A stretch of 63,306 nt of DNA, filler included, from Licmophora abbreviata (GCA_900291995.1; 16 parts of 16 records of this genome joined end to end with filler, not necessarily neighbours in it), one strand, 5' to 3'. Positions 1-12,359 are shown, counted from the first letter of the whole stretch. Notes: a model not told the origin generated them from the sequence alone. Made by a program: numbers and translations.

Positions 1-545
1 TCAAGGCCATTCCATCTTGACGAGAATACTCCGGGAAGAACCTCCAGGTTGTTCTTTCTGGGATTGATCAAGACCCGATACTTAAAGGGTTCTCGTTGAT
101 GCTTATGGGTGGTTGTCAGAAAGGCCTTGACATCCCTGTTCCACACTTACTTTCGATATCTACATTTCGGGCAAACTATGCTCTAATCTTAACAAGTAAA
201 GCAAACGAACAACAACGTTATCAACATCCTTTGAACCCTTCGAACACTAAACCCTACTCCAGTGCTACGCAATATACCGTCACACTCGAGTATTTCAACA
301 CGCATTGCGCAATCGCGCGCTGAGAATATTTGGCGCGACGGTCCGTAAAGCGTCCGTGTCGGAAGGAAACTTCACGCAAAGTTTCAGTACTAAATTTCGG
401 TAGAATTCACGTAGAATGGAGAAAGATGCATGTTTTGTTTGAAACACAAGATTGGAGAGCCATGAAGAACGCGTCGAGTGTGAATGGCGTTTAGAACACG
501 AGTCTACAGCGGTATGAGAAGTGTACTGCCGACTGTTCAAATGCA

Positions 546-1570
546 ATGAATCGTTTTAGAAAGAAGCGCGAGAAAAAGCAAGTGCAGGAGACGGAAGCGC
601 CAAAAAAGATTGTGAGGAGAACTATCACTACCACCGTGAAACGAGAACCACGTGAACCCGAGCAAATTCGTTCCGGAGCGGAAATAGGAAGAGACTCAAA
701 GCTTCAGATGTTGCGAGCTCAAGCTGTGTCACAGCTCGAGGAGATGCTGGCTGTCAAGATGGAGGAAGTGGCCATCATTGAGGAACAGCTTGCCGCACTG
801 AGCTCAAAACATGTAAAGGAAACTCACATGGTCGATCCTTATGGAGACACAGGATTGTACACGGGACAAGTAGATGAGAATAGACCCCACGGTACCGGAA
901 CAATGAAATATGAAGATGGGAGGTAAGCTTATCTTGTGAATCTCGTATCATTTTGTGTCGAACCCTCTCCATGGGCTATGCTTATTCCACACTAATCGAT
1001 GCGACCCTTCTTCTGCACGAAGACTCTATGTCGGCGGGTGGAGTCAAGGGCGTTGGCACGGAGCTGGTCGAGCCAATTTCACCAACCGTGATAGCTATGT
1101 GGGTCACTATCGTTTTGACCAAAGACATGGGGAAGGGACCTACTCGTGGTCTGATGGAAGAGTATACAAAGGAGAATTCAGCGACGATCGACGTCACGGA
1201 CGCGGGCTCTACACCTGGCCCGATGGTGCATCTTATGAAGGCGGCTTCAAGGTGAGTCTAAATGGTGGACCTAAAAGGTTCTCTGGATGATAGAAGTTGG
1301 TATCTTATGTGTTACGTTGTTCGCTTCAAACAGGAAGGCCAGCACGACGGCTATGGTGTTTACAAGTTCGCAGATGGAAGTGTATATAAAGGCGAATGGG
1401 AAAGCGGACAGTATAACGGTAATGGAACGTGTGTATGGAGTGATGGGCGGATCTACTCTGGCGAATGGAGGATGGGACAGGCCCATGGCCACGGAAAAGA
1501 GACCAATCCAGATGGAAGCGTTCGACACGACGGAGATTGGTCTTATGACACACCTTTGCCTAGCACATAG
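546..1570 (+). CDS. MORN-repeat protein (3 exons: 546-922, 1023-1251, 1334-1570)
   Basis: Repeated YxGxW/F...xHGxGxYxW(P/S)DG units. GT-AG introns at 923-1022 and 1252-1333 join three ORFs in frame. N-terminal coiled-coil-like segment. Confidence 0.9.
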
Positions 1571-1700
1571 TTGGCAGTCGCTCTTCCGTGTGTGCAATCT
1601 GATGTCGGTCTGACAAAAATCAATTCGCTGTGCAAAGTAATAGTGAACCATAGTAAGGCGTTGGTCTGATTTTAGCGATGTGTGTACTACTTCTCCTATG

Positions 1701-3006
1701 CTAGAAGCTGAATCCACCGATTCCGGTAGTCAAGAAATAAGGGTGAAGCAGAAGCTGAGCTTGTGAAGGCCGTCGCTTGGGATTGATCCGGAGGCACTGG
1801 GATACCAAGTCTCGAAGCTTGGGATCGGGAACGGCCGAGACGTCCACCTCGAATCCATCAACACTAAGAGTCTTGGTAATTTGAGATTGACTCTGTCCCT
1901 TGAAGGCGCTCCGGCCGGTGCTGATTTCGAAAAGCAGAATTCCAAAGGACCAGATATCGTAACTGTAGTCCAACACAAAGTACGGTCCTTCTCCGTCGAG
2001 CAAAGCTTTGGCAAACTCAGGTGGGGTGGCCTCGGGACTGTAATCGATTGGATTACCCTTCACTGGGATGGCGCTCTCCAGATCGATGCCCTTGACGATA
2101 ATTCCGTTGGAAAGATCGTCTGGGTCGGAGCACACCACAAAGTTCTCAGGTTTCATATCGGTCCAGACAAGTCTGGAACGGTGAATGGCCCCAATACACT
2201 CAATCGTTGCGACGGCAGCATCGCGGAGTGCCTTTCCTTCAAGAGGCTTCCGGCGCAAGTCAATGAGCTCCCTAAGATTCAGTCCTCCGCTTTCAATGAC
2301 TAAAGCCGCCTGAGAGGCGAACTTACCAGAGTTTCCAGCCTTTGGGAGGTACTCGAAAGACTTGACAAATTTGCCGCTGGATACTTTACGGTAGTTGGCC
2401 GCCTCGACCTTCAACTTGTCTCGATTGTTGGAGAGTTTAATCTTAAGTGCATCTCCAGTTGGATTTCCTTGCGTATCTGCCTTATAAGCAGTCCAGATCT
2501 GACTCTTTCCAGAAGTACTTCGCTGAGGAACGCCTGCCAGGAGGTAGTTTCCAATTTGGTCACCATTTAGACGGTACTCTTTCTTGATTGCCGCCTGTGT
2601 AGCATCGCTTTTCACCTTCTTTGCAGGCGCCTGTTTGCCATTTTTCCTTGCTTGCGGTTTGGTCAGAGGGGTTCCCAGTCGGTATTTGGATCCAGACTCG
2701 GTAACGACAATCTTTCGAGCTGCTACGTTGTCAGGGGCTTGCAGTCGACTGGTCGTGATGGTATCGCCGTCATCAATTTCGCGGTCGGGGTGGTTCTTGA
2801 CTATCCCCATGACAGCACCATTTTTCAATATCTTCCAGTTGTCCAGAGTCGGGGGGACCTGCCATGAAGAGCTGAGAGGAGGTCAGTGCGGATGGGGACG
2901 ACGCCGCGGGGCCGCTCGATGCGGGTATCCAAGCACGACCCGACCGGCTCAGGGCCAAGAGGAGGAAGCAGGCCAAAAGGCAGTTCGCAGTTCTCCAAGA
3001 CGACAT
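1701..3006 (-). CDS. Atypical Ser/Thr protein kinase with putative bipartite plastid presequence; apparent +1 frameshift at the G6 run 2851-2856
   Basis: Kinase subdomains LKIK, VWTDMKPEN, GIDLES, YSPEATPPE, DIWSFG, RRPS. Signal peptide MSSWRTANCLLACFLLLALSRSGRA-W from the ATG at 3006 joins the kinase frame if one base is removed from the homopolymer. Confidence 0.8.
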
Positions 3007-3346
3007 TTTTTCTCTATTTTGATAACTAAAATGAAACAAATGCCGACTTTCTTTCCACTTGCTCCAACTAACCGATCAGATAGCCCAGTGGATGATGCGA
3101 GCGCGATGTGTGGAGTGAATGAAGTCAACAGCATCGTCGCGTCGAGATCGAGGCGCGGCGGTTGGAGCGTTCGATGATGTGCGGCGCGCAAAACACGCAC
3201 GCACGGAATCTTGCCGCCCACACAATAAGCGATCTTTCGATCTTTCAAGACACCCCGAAATTTTGGAAGATCGGATTCCGTTCTTGACGTCATGCTGAGT
3301 TGAAGCTCTGAAAATTGATCACACTCTAAAAAATCTTGGCTTGACC

Positions 3347-4843
3347 ATGACGTTCCGACGGGCCGTTCTGATACTCTTGTCGCTTTGCGGGAGAGGAGTG
3401 GGTGGGTTCTCCGTCTCTTTACCAGCACGACGCTCTGACTCGCCATCAATAGCTTTATCCCTTTCCGCCATCAGCGGTAGTAGCAATGTTGACACGCCTT
3501 CAGCTTCCGCATCAGCATCATCACTCGATGACTCACAGCTCGACTTTGTCATGGGATACACGAACAAGCATCATTCGGATCTCATGGCAAAATTCGCTGA
3601 AGCCTTCTCAGATATTGGTCGGACTCAGTCGAAACGTAATGCCTTTAGTGGTGGGTCATACAAAATTCAGGAAGCAAAGCTCGTCGATGTGAATTCAGAA
3701 AAGCTGGAGCTCCAAGTGACTGTAAACGATCGAAACGAAAAGGAACCCGTGGTAGAACGAGTGTCAGTTGACTTAGATGCCGATCCACTCTCAACTCGTG
3801 AGTACAAGCTCATCCCGGCTATTCCCCGAACTGACGGCGCTGCGGCGAACCCTGTCGACGACATGGTACGTCGACTGAGTCGACTTGCTTGGATGGTCAA
3901 GATGCCAGAAGTCACTGGAAAGTTCACTCAACTGGGCATTCAGATTGGAGGTTCCGGTGTGGGCGGACTCAAGGAGGATATGTATCTGAATCAGGTACCG
4001 CACAATCGCTATGTGCGCAAATACTTTTACGAAATGGCTGCCGATGCCGCTCTCGAAGCAGTGATTTTGTGTTCGGAGCACAAGATTACGAACCGCATGG
4101 AAATGACGTGCATGTTTCCTGAAATGAACCCGTCCATGGACTCGTATCGTATTGGAACATTGCTGGAGTTGGCGAGAACGGTAGCAATCCGACTGGCAGA
4201 GCAGAATCTTCGAGTGCGTATCTGCATCCAGGGATCCATGGGAGTTGGTATCTTCACCGGTGTGCCCAAGCAACTGAACGGCGTGTCAAAGCTATTGCGA
4301 ATGATGGATTGGCAATCCGAAGAGGGTGAGGAGAATGAAGGAATGGTTGGAAATTACGTCAACTTTGGGGAGATTGGAAGCGAACATGTCGTAAATGCGC
4401 ATACTGACGCTGATGGGAATCAAGTGGAGCAGGACGACGTCTTTATTCTTCTATGTCCTCAGTCGATGGTTGGTGTCGACTCTTCCATCATGGGAAACCT
4501 ACAAGCAATGGTGGATGCTGCCGGCGATCGTCCAGTCATTTTGATAAACCCAGACCTAGACGACAAGGTCAGTGCGCAAGGCCAACAGAGCGTTCGGGGG
4601 AGAAAGGAAAGAATGGACTTTGCCGCCAGCTTCAAGCCGATCTTTCACTTTCAAAATATCTACGTGAGCGGCACGTCTTACTTTCCCATCCTTGGCGCCA
4701 TTTGCAAGCTGAGGCCGACGGAGCCCTGGGTAGCTCATCAACGCAGAGACCGAGTGAATGGCGCGGGTGAAGTATATGTCCCCGTTCTATCGTCGGAAAC
4801 AAAACCCGATGGCGAAGTCATTCTAAATACATTTGAAATGTGA
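3347..4843 (+). CDS. Plastid-targeted DUF1995 (LPA3-like) protein with N-terminal DUF2470-like domain
   Basis: Signal peptide ending VGG-F followed by a Ser-rich transit peptide. MGYTNKHHSDL...AKLVDV resembles DUF2470. FPEMNPSMDSYRIGTLLELAR and RPVILINPDL resemble DUF1995. Confidence 0.75.
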   Translation: MTFRRAVLILLSLCGRGVGGFSVSLPARRSDSPSIALSLSAISGSSNVDTPSASASASSLDDSQLDFVMGYTNKHHSDLMAKFAEAFSDIGRTQSKRNAFSGGSYKIQEAKLVDVNSEKLELQVTVNDRNEKEPVVERVSVDLDADPLSTREYKLIPAIPRTDGAAANPVDDMVRRLSRLAWMVKMPEVTGKFTQLGIQIGGSGVGGLKEDMYLNQVPHNRYVRKYFYEMAADAALEAVILCSEHKITNRMEMTCMFPEMNPSMDSYRIGTLLELARTVAIRLAEQNLRVRICIQGSMGVGIFTGVPKQLNGVSKLLRMMDWQSEEGEENEGMVGNYVNFGEIGSEHVVNAHTDADGNQVEQDDVFILLCPQSMVGVDSSIMGNLQAMVDAAGDRPVILINPDLDDKVSAQGQQSVRGRKERMDFAASFKPIFHFQNIYVSGTSYFPILGAICKLRPTEPWVAHQRRDRVNGAGEVYVPVLSSETKPDGEVILNTFEM

Positions 4844-4883
4844 AGTGGCTGGATCATACACGTTGGATTCATCTTAAAGATTT

Positions 4884-4983
4884 NNNNNNNNNNNNNNNNN
4901 NNNNNNNNNNNNNNNNNNNNNNNNNNNTTAATTAATTAANNNNNNNNNNNNNNNNNNNNNNNNNNNNNNNNNNNNNNNNNNNN
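4884..4983. other. Artificial scaffold spacer (44 N + TTAATTAATTAA + 44 N). Identical spacers at 10720-10819, 13908-14007, 17654-17753, 20351-20450, 29220-29319, 32510-32609, 33811-33910, 35193-35292, 40421-40520, 47531-47630, 54904-55003, 57094-57193, 58328-58427, 59839-59938
   Basis: Identical 100-nt layout 15 times. The core gives stop codons in all six frames. Confidence 0.98.
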
Positions 4984-5475
4984 CAAGCTCTGCACTCTGC
5001 CAATATGGTATGGACCGACTTGAAGACGGAGAATTTCATTGTCATTGAGGACGGTAGTACAAGCGAGAATAGCAGCATATTGGTCAAAGGGATTGATCTG
5101 GAGAGTGCCATGCCAGCCAAGGACAATCCAGTCGACTACTCCCCCGAAGCGTGTCCACCGGAGTTCGCACAGTCTTTTCTGAGTGGCCATGGACAGTACT
5201 TTGAACTCGATTATAGCTACGACGTGTGGTCGTATGGCATGATGTTACACGAGATCGCGACAGGCGACGGCATCTTTGACGGTCAAAACCCAACTCAGGT
5301 CACGAAGAATCTGGCAGATCCAGCATATGAGATCAACGTGGACAAGATAGCAGACAAACGACTGCGAAATCTTGCCAAGGCATGTCTGCGAAAGGATCCC
5401 AACAGGCGACCGTCGGTAACACAAATCATGTTGCATTCGTACTTTCTGACCACATACAGGCCATTCAAGTTTTAA
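4984..5475 (+). CDS. C-terminal part of a paralogous atypical protein kinase (5' end lost in the gap)
   Basis: VWTDLKTENF, ILVKGIDLESAMP, DYSPEACPPEFA and DVWSYG are colinear with the kinase at 1701-3006. Confidence 0.85.
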   Translation, partial: QALHSANMVWTDLKTENFIVIEDGSTSENSSILVKGIDLESAMPAKDNPVDYSPEACPPEFAQSFLSGHGQYFELDYSYDVWSYGMMLHEIATGDGIFDGQNPTQVTKNLADPAYEINVDKIADKRLRNLAKACLRKDPNRRPSVTQIMLHSYFLTTYRPFKF

Positions 5476-5674
5476 TTTCAAGTGACCGTCCTATGGGAAT
5501 GAATATCAGGTTTAACACATGATGATGATGCTCAATATGGTATCTACAAAAAGACAATGGTATGATACTCTAATCGCGTATCATATTCGGCTACTATCAT
5601 GTCACCACATCTCTAGTTATTTTATAGCTGTACCGGTTAAACGTGAAAGGGATGGAGTATCATCTCTCTCATCA

Positions 5675-6724
5675 TCACTGCGATCGAGAGAATCGCTTAC
5701 CAAACACTCCACCGAATCGCGTTGCCATAGACGATCGCGTTGGTGCTGATGACATCGCCGATGACGCCGCCGCGACACTGCCGACCGGTACCACTTTCTG
5801 TTTTTGATTTTTCGACGATGCAAACGCGGACGGCATTGGCTTGTCCGGTGCCGCTTCACTTTCCTTCTTGACCCAATGCGTGGCCTGCTTCAAGGCTGAC
5901 TTGCTAATGAAATTCAAGACGGGTCCTGGTACGGATCCTCGCATTTTGATATCGCAGGCATAAAAGACGCGAGTGCAACCCGGTTTGGAGGGATGGTCCT
6001 CGAGATGCCAGTGTCCGGCAACGTCGTCAAAGTCACTCGTTTTGTCATAGTCCAAGGACCACACCATGGAATCGTCCTTGGAATGAAACGTATGGTCGTA
6101 ATAGTTCGTGTACTGATACGGGAATTGAGTAAATGGTTGGTGAGTAAGATCACACAACGCAACCGAAACGGCCTTGCCTGTCATCTCCACGAATGACAGA
6201 AAGATTTCTCCCACCCATCATGCCATTACGTTTCGACTCTCATCAAATCCATCACTCACCGAATATCCCGGCATGATGCCTAGTTTCATGACCGTCTTGA
6301 TGGTAGTACTACTTCCATCCCGATTTTTCCGTTCGACATAATTTTTACACTCCTTGACTTTCGGAACCTTGCCCGTGTAGGATTGCAACCCCAAAATTTG
6401 ATTCCACACGGCCCCCTTGGGCGCCTGGACGTCTTGAACGCAAATGGCAGTACCACCCTCTTCCGGCTTGTCCGCAGGAGGCAAGGTCTGCTTCATGACA
6501 GGTTTCCCCTGCAGCAAGTGAGATTCGTCCTTTTTCGAGAGAGACAGGTTGCTGAAGCGACCAGGCTTGTAGGGAGTGAGTACTCCGCGGTGGTGATGAG
6601 GCGCATTGCGATTCTTCTTGGCAGACACGACGGTATGAGTAGTCAAAGTGCTGAATATAGTGAGAAAGAGGACGATTGCGGATGCCGTCAAGAGCCTTTG
6701 CATCAGCGAGAATCTACGACTCAT
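5675..6724 (-). CDS. Signal-peptide-bearing SRPBCC/START (polyketide cyclase-like) domain protein (intron 6113-6259)
   Basis: N-terminal hydrophobic segment. Motifs CVQDVQAPKGAVWNQI, VWSLDY...DDVAGHW, TRVFY and a C-terminal helix fit the SRPBCC fold. The GT-AG intron joins in frame. Confidence 0.75.
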
Positions 6725-7022
6725 ACTACTGTCAACACAAGTTCGGAGGCACGTAAGGGACAGCAGCGAAGGCAATGCGGCGACACGAGACAGGGTTTTC
6801 GGCATTACACTTGGCAGTTCGTGTGTGATGCCGTCGAAACGTGATGGACGCAACGCTGCCGGCGAGGACCGGCGCCGATTTGAGACGCGCTGAACACGTA
6901 CTTTGTGGTGTGACGGATGGACCGTCGCGCCTTTTTTACGCAAACCACAAAATCCGGTTTGGACTTTTGGACCATGGTGAAAAACACAGGCCGTCACTCA
7001 ATAACTTCGGCGCCCCTGACTG

Positions 7023-10000
7023 ATGAAGCGGCCCATCATGCAGGCGGAATCCAATAGAACCAACGATCCCATCAGTAGCGCTGTCTCGATTGGACCGGAT
7101 GTGAACTCCTCCAAGCCTCCGTTGGACAAGAAACTGTATCGACAGATTCTACTCCCCAATGGACTGCGGGCCGTCTTGATCAGTGACACAGTCGCGATAC
7201 ATCAGAATCACGCGGAAGGAGGAGGTGGGGGGTACTATTCGGAGAGCAGTGAGGATGAAGATGATGACGAGAGTCAGGATATGGAAACCGACGATGACGA
7301 CGATGCTTCTGCAGGAGGAGATGGATTGAGAGAGGCGGCTGCAGCCATGGTGGTCGGCGTCGGCTCGCTCTACGATCCACCCTTCGCACAAGGCATGGCT
7401 CATTTTCTGGAGCACATGCTCTTCATGGGAACGACCAAGTTTCCAGAGGAGAATGCTTACAGCGCCTTTCTTAGCAAGCACGGTGGGTCCGACAATGCCT
7501 GGACGGAGAGTGAGCACACGGCCTACTATTTGGAAATTTCACAAGAGGATCTCTTTCCGGCCCTTGACATGTTTTCACAATTCTTTGTGGAACCACTCTT
7601 GTTGGAGGATGCAGTGGACCGAGAACTGCATAGCATCGAATCCGAGTTTCAACTCAGCAAGAACTCAGACACCTGTCGTGCCGAACAACTTATGAGCTAC
7701 ACGAATGGAAAGAGCATGAGTGAACACCCATTTGGAAAGTTCTCCTGGGGCAACCTCAAGAGTCTCATCGATGAGCCCAAATCTCACCAGAAAGACATGA
7801 TGAAGGAACTGTGGACGTTTTATCATCAGTATTATTATGCTCAAAACATGAGACTGGTGGTTATGGGAGCCTATTCGCTGGAGACGCTGCAAGAGCGAGT
7901 GCTGCAGTACTTTGGTGAGATTCCAGCGTTGCCACGCGAGTCGTCGCCCTTGCAAGCGACGCATCTCCACCCACATTTTTGGGATCAATATCAGTACGAA
8001 TCGAAGATGGCATCCTTTGGACCGCCGCTGTCCGACTGCTCGCTGAGAACGATTTTTCGAATGGTCCCCGTGCAGGAACGACACACGTTGAGCATCACCT
8101 GGCAAGTTCCGTCTCAATTTTCCAACTGGGGGTCCAAGCCTTGTGATTATATTGCTCATTTAGTTGGGCACGAAGCGCAGGGATCTATATTGTCGTCTCT
8201 GAAAGAAAAGTCGTGGGCCTTTGGATGTGTGGCAGGAACTGGTGATGGGGGACTAGAGGTGAGCCTTGTTGGGAATTGACCTCCGTCTGCAACTGTTGCA
8301 CGACTTGCCAAGCTCACATGTATTTACTTACGTCACCCTTGGTTGGTCAGAATGCATCATCGCATGCCTTGTTTACTGTGTCCTTCACATTATCGGAGCA
8401 AGGTGTTGCGCATTGGTCGGAGGTTGTGGCGGAAGTGTATCGGTATATTGGAATTTTGAGACATTATTGCGCTTCCTCCGATGGTTTGCCAGCATGGATT
8501 TATGAGGAGCTTCGGAATATTCACGAAGTCTCGTATCGATATAGTGATGAGCTGGCTTCCGACGATCTGGTGCAGGAAATGGCGGAAGCGTTGGCGCCGC
8601 AATGGGCTCTGCCTCCGGAACGACTGCTGGACGGAGGGGACCTCTTGTTCGACTACGAACCGGATGCCATCAAGAGACTTTTAGACACTTTCTTGACGCC
8701 TCAGAATTCACGCGTTGACCTGATGTCGTCAGCATTTGGACGTGCGGGTGATTTCGAAACGGAGGAGAAACAGGTCGATCCTGTCATCGCAGAGAACGGA
8801 ATGGTCGATGAGCATAGTAGCATTGCGTTTGAGGTTGGTACAGCTGGTCCGCCTGAGGTCGAACCGTTCTTTGGCACCCGCTTTTGGCGAAGGCAAATAC
8901 CCTCGTCGGTGATTTTGGAATGGTCAGAGGCATTTGCTCCAGCTATTCCTTCTCCGGAATCGCCTCTCAGCCTTCCACCGAAGAATCCATTTGTGCCCGA
9001 AAGCTACGCGCTCAAGCCTCTCCCGGCAGACGATGCGGACCATCCGTTGGTTCATTGTGCACTGAAAGTGTGCGTGACAGTCGGCAAGAAAAAGGTAAGC
9101 CTTACACGCTGCTCTCGCATTGCCTATGTGCGATGACAGCCCAAGTCGCTAATCGCTCTTCCATTTCAGGCTTGGTTCCCGGCGACTGCGACAAAGTACA
9201 ATGGCGTGAAGAACCAGCTACTGTTGACGTACGAGGATGAAGACGAAAAGTGGCATGTCGTCGACAATGACGTTACCTCCTTTGCGACGAACATAGTTTC
9301 ACCCGGTTACGAAGGAACTCTCGATGGCATGACTATCAAGTATCGGGTGGTGACTGTCGCCAATGGAAAAGGACCGCAGCTGAAGTATGGCGATGAAAGT
9401 GACTACTACGTAGGAGACGGAGCGCTGTTTCCTCCAATTCCTCCCGCCCTATCAGCGTCGCGGCTTCCTAAATTGTTTCATGATACGCAGGTGCGCACCG
9501 TGTTGCGGCCCTCGACCGCTGCTACTCAGTTGTATACGGTTGCCTCATTGACGACGCCATATGTATCTTACACTGTTTCTAGGTTTTAAAGCTTTGGCAT
9601 GTACAGGACCGAACATTCAAGCGACCGATTGCCGAGCTTCGGCTCAGTCTAGTTTGTGGCGACGCCAACAAGTCGGCGCTTCATCGAGCGTGTGCGGATT
9701 TGCTTGTGCAGCTATGTAACGACGCCGTCACAGAAACGTCGTATCTTGCATGCGTTTGCGAACTCGGTAGCTCGATAGAATCGTCGGATCAAGGATTCTT
9801 CATTCGAGTTCATGGATTTGACGATAAGCTGCTTGATCTGTTTGAGCTCATCTTTGGTGTGTTCTTGAGCTTCCGGGGGCAGTCTGAGCTACCCGACGCC
9901 ATCAAACCAGGACGATTCGAAGCATGCTTGGAATTGCAGAGGCGGAAGTATGCGAACTCGGGGATGAAAGCCTCTAAGTTCTGCTCGTCTGGACGATACC

Positions 10001-11195
10001 TATGTCTTCTGGCGTCCTCTCGATCATCGGAAGCAAAATCTAGAGCGCTTGAGAACATTGATAAGGTTATCTTCTGCACGACCATATCGGAGGTACTGTC
10101 GCGGCTCGGTATGGTAGCTCTATACCATGGCAACGTCGATCGCTCAGATGCCAAGTTTGGTCAAGACCTCCTCGTGAATATGATTCAGCGGTCTGGAGAG
10201 GCCGGACTGCCCCGGAAGAAGTACCCTCCTGAGTTTGTGACCAAAATTCCTCTAGCAAACACATCCTTTGATGTTGTGTTGCCTTCTCGCGATTCTACCG
10301 AGCCAAACTCAGCTGTCGAAGTGTATTTTCAGATTGGCAAGGATAGCCTTGTAGAACGAGTGATTCTTGATCTGATTGCACATGTTATGGATGAACCGTT
10401 TTATGATCAGGTTCGCACGAAGGATCAGTTTGGTTACGAGGTATGGTGCGACTGCAGGTGGACTTGCGGTGTCATGGGTTTGTACTTTGGTGTTGTGTCG
10501 TCTGTCAAGAGTGCGGTAAGTTGCTTCGTCGAGGGCTAGCACCGTGATAGTCTACGAGGGGATGCGCGACGATTTGGAATTAATCATTGCGCTCACTTTG
10601 CGTGTTCTTCCTTTTGTCCGCTCGCCGATCCTTACAGGCGGAATCCGTCGAGAGAGTCGAACGGTTCCTTGTCGACTACTACAAGGAGCTTACAGACATG
10701 TCACAGGAGGACTTTCTAGNNNNNNNNNNNNNNNNNNNNNNNNNNNNNNNNNNNNNNNNNNNNTTAATTAATTAANNNNNNNNNNNNNNNNNNNNNNNNN
10801 NNNNNNNNNNNNNNNNNNNAGTCGAGGTTGTTGGGTTGGCCACCAGGAAGCTGGATGCGCATGACTCGCTTGCCGACGCCTGCGACTCTTTCTGGTCGGA
10901 GATCAGCGATAGGCGGTACAAGTGGCAGGTCGAACGAGAAGAAGTGCTATCGCTGCGCCACGTTACAAAGACGCAAGTATTGGCTGCCTACGAAGACTGG
11001 CTCTTGCCTACCAAAAACGGAGTTCCGAACAAGCGTCGCTTGATGACGGTACAGGTGATTGGAACGGGTGACGACGGGACTGCTTCGGAAGGTCGTCCTG
11101 TTGTGGAGGCCTCTCGTGTGGGACAGTATGCTGACCAGTGCATCGATTCATTCCACAAGTCCGTAGGTCATCAAACCTGGGGTCGTATCTACTAG
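7023..11195 (+). CDS. Nardilysin/insulysin-like M16A metallopeptidase (introns 8259-8350, 9095-9169, 9491-9582, 10516-10637; spans gap 10720-10819)
   Basis: Inverted zinc motif HFLEH, acidic N-terminal insert typical of nardilysin, HPFGKFSWGN, GHEAQGS, FYDQVRTKDQFGY. All introns keep the frame. Confidence 0.92.
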
Positions 11196-11732
11196 CTTGC
11201 GTTGCGCAGAGTGCCGCTTAACTATTAGGAAACGAATGGATGTACTTTATCAGGTTCTATATGACTATCACAGAGGGGCCTGCAAAACCTACGACGCAAA
11301 TACTATACAAGAAGAAGGTCTTCATGAGCGTCAGTGCAAAAGGAGACAAGCGCACGAATAAAAGAAAATGTCGGGCCAAAGTCACTTCTCTCGTCACAAA
11401 TCTTTGTCACGTGACACCTTATTATCGATGGCCTCCCGTACAGAACAATAATTCCATACAGTTCATGTAGGCGCAAAGAGCACAGGACTCTTACAAAACT
11501 GAGGGAAAAGTAGGTCCCGTGCTCCCGTTCCTTCCACACACAAAAGTCCTCGGGAAGGAACCGCAGAGGCATTCACTGGAGAGAGAAAGTAATGATCGAC
11601 GTGGCTGGATCAACTCCAGCGTCGTCGTCATCATTGCTCCAGAGAACATTCCACTGCTGGATGCCATTGTCCAAATTCATACACTACGAGTATAAAATAA
11701 ATACTAGAGTTTGCGCCCAGTCAACTCACCGT

Positions 11733-12359
11733 TCACCAAACACAAGCCACCAGAGCTCCAACAGCAAATCCAATCGAAGCCGTCCGTTCCTCCTTGGCGA
11801 GTGCTTCCAATGACTCGCGAATATCTTCCGGAGGACTGACCGTGGACGTCACTTGCGTCGCAACATACTGGAGCATACTGGCAAAGGCGTCGCTGATGGT
11901 CTGCACCACTCCCATTTCCAGTACGCCAGAATAGCGAAGGAGTTCCATGCTGATGTCACAAAAAAGACATGATGAGCGATATCAAATGAATGCGAACGAC
12001 CTTATATGCTGCAACAACAAGACGAAGCAATCGACACGAACAGTAACTCACATGACGAATGCGGCAATACAGAGTTTGATCGTATTGACAACTTGATAGA
12101 GAACGAGTTTGGTCATCATGTATCCCACGAGTATACCCGTAAGAAACTTGCCCATGAGCGGCAAGTCATCGTAGGTTTGTAGCATTTGCCTCAAGAGGCC
12201 ATCGTCGTCGTCAACGCTGCGGGCTGTTTGAGTGTATGTGTTCGTGTTGGAATCAGCATCATCCTCCGCGGCGGCAGTGCACAGGAAATTGTCAGCAACA
12301 GTAGAAGGACTGCATGGAGAACGAAACAGAGTTGCCGGCGGCAAGCGGATGTAAGACAT
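11733..12359 (-). CDS. Small membrane protein, FUN14-like (intron 11950-12051)
   Basis: GKFLTGILVGYMMTK...AFVIMELLRYSG...ASIGFAVGALVA pattern of short hydrophobic helices. The GT-AG intron joins in frame. Confidence 0.55.

Noticed and set aside
1..135. Short open frame on the minus strand at the window edge
   Set aside because: Too short, with no recognisable motif or clear start/splice context.
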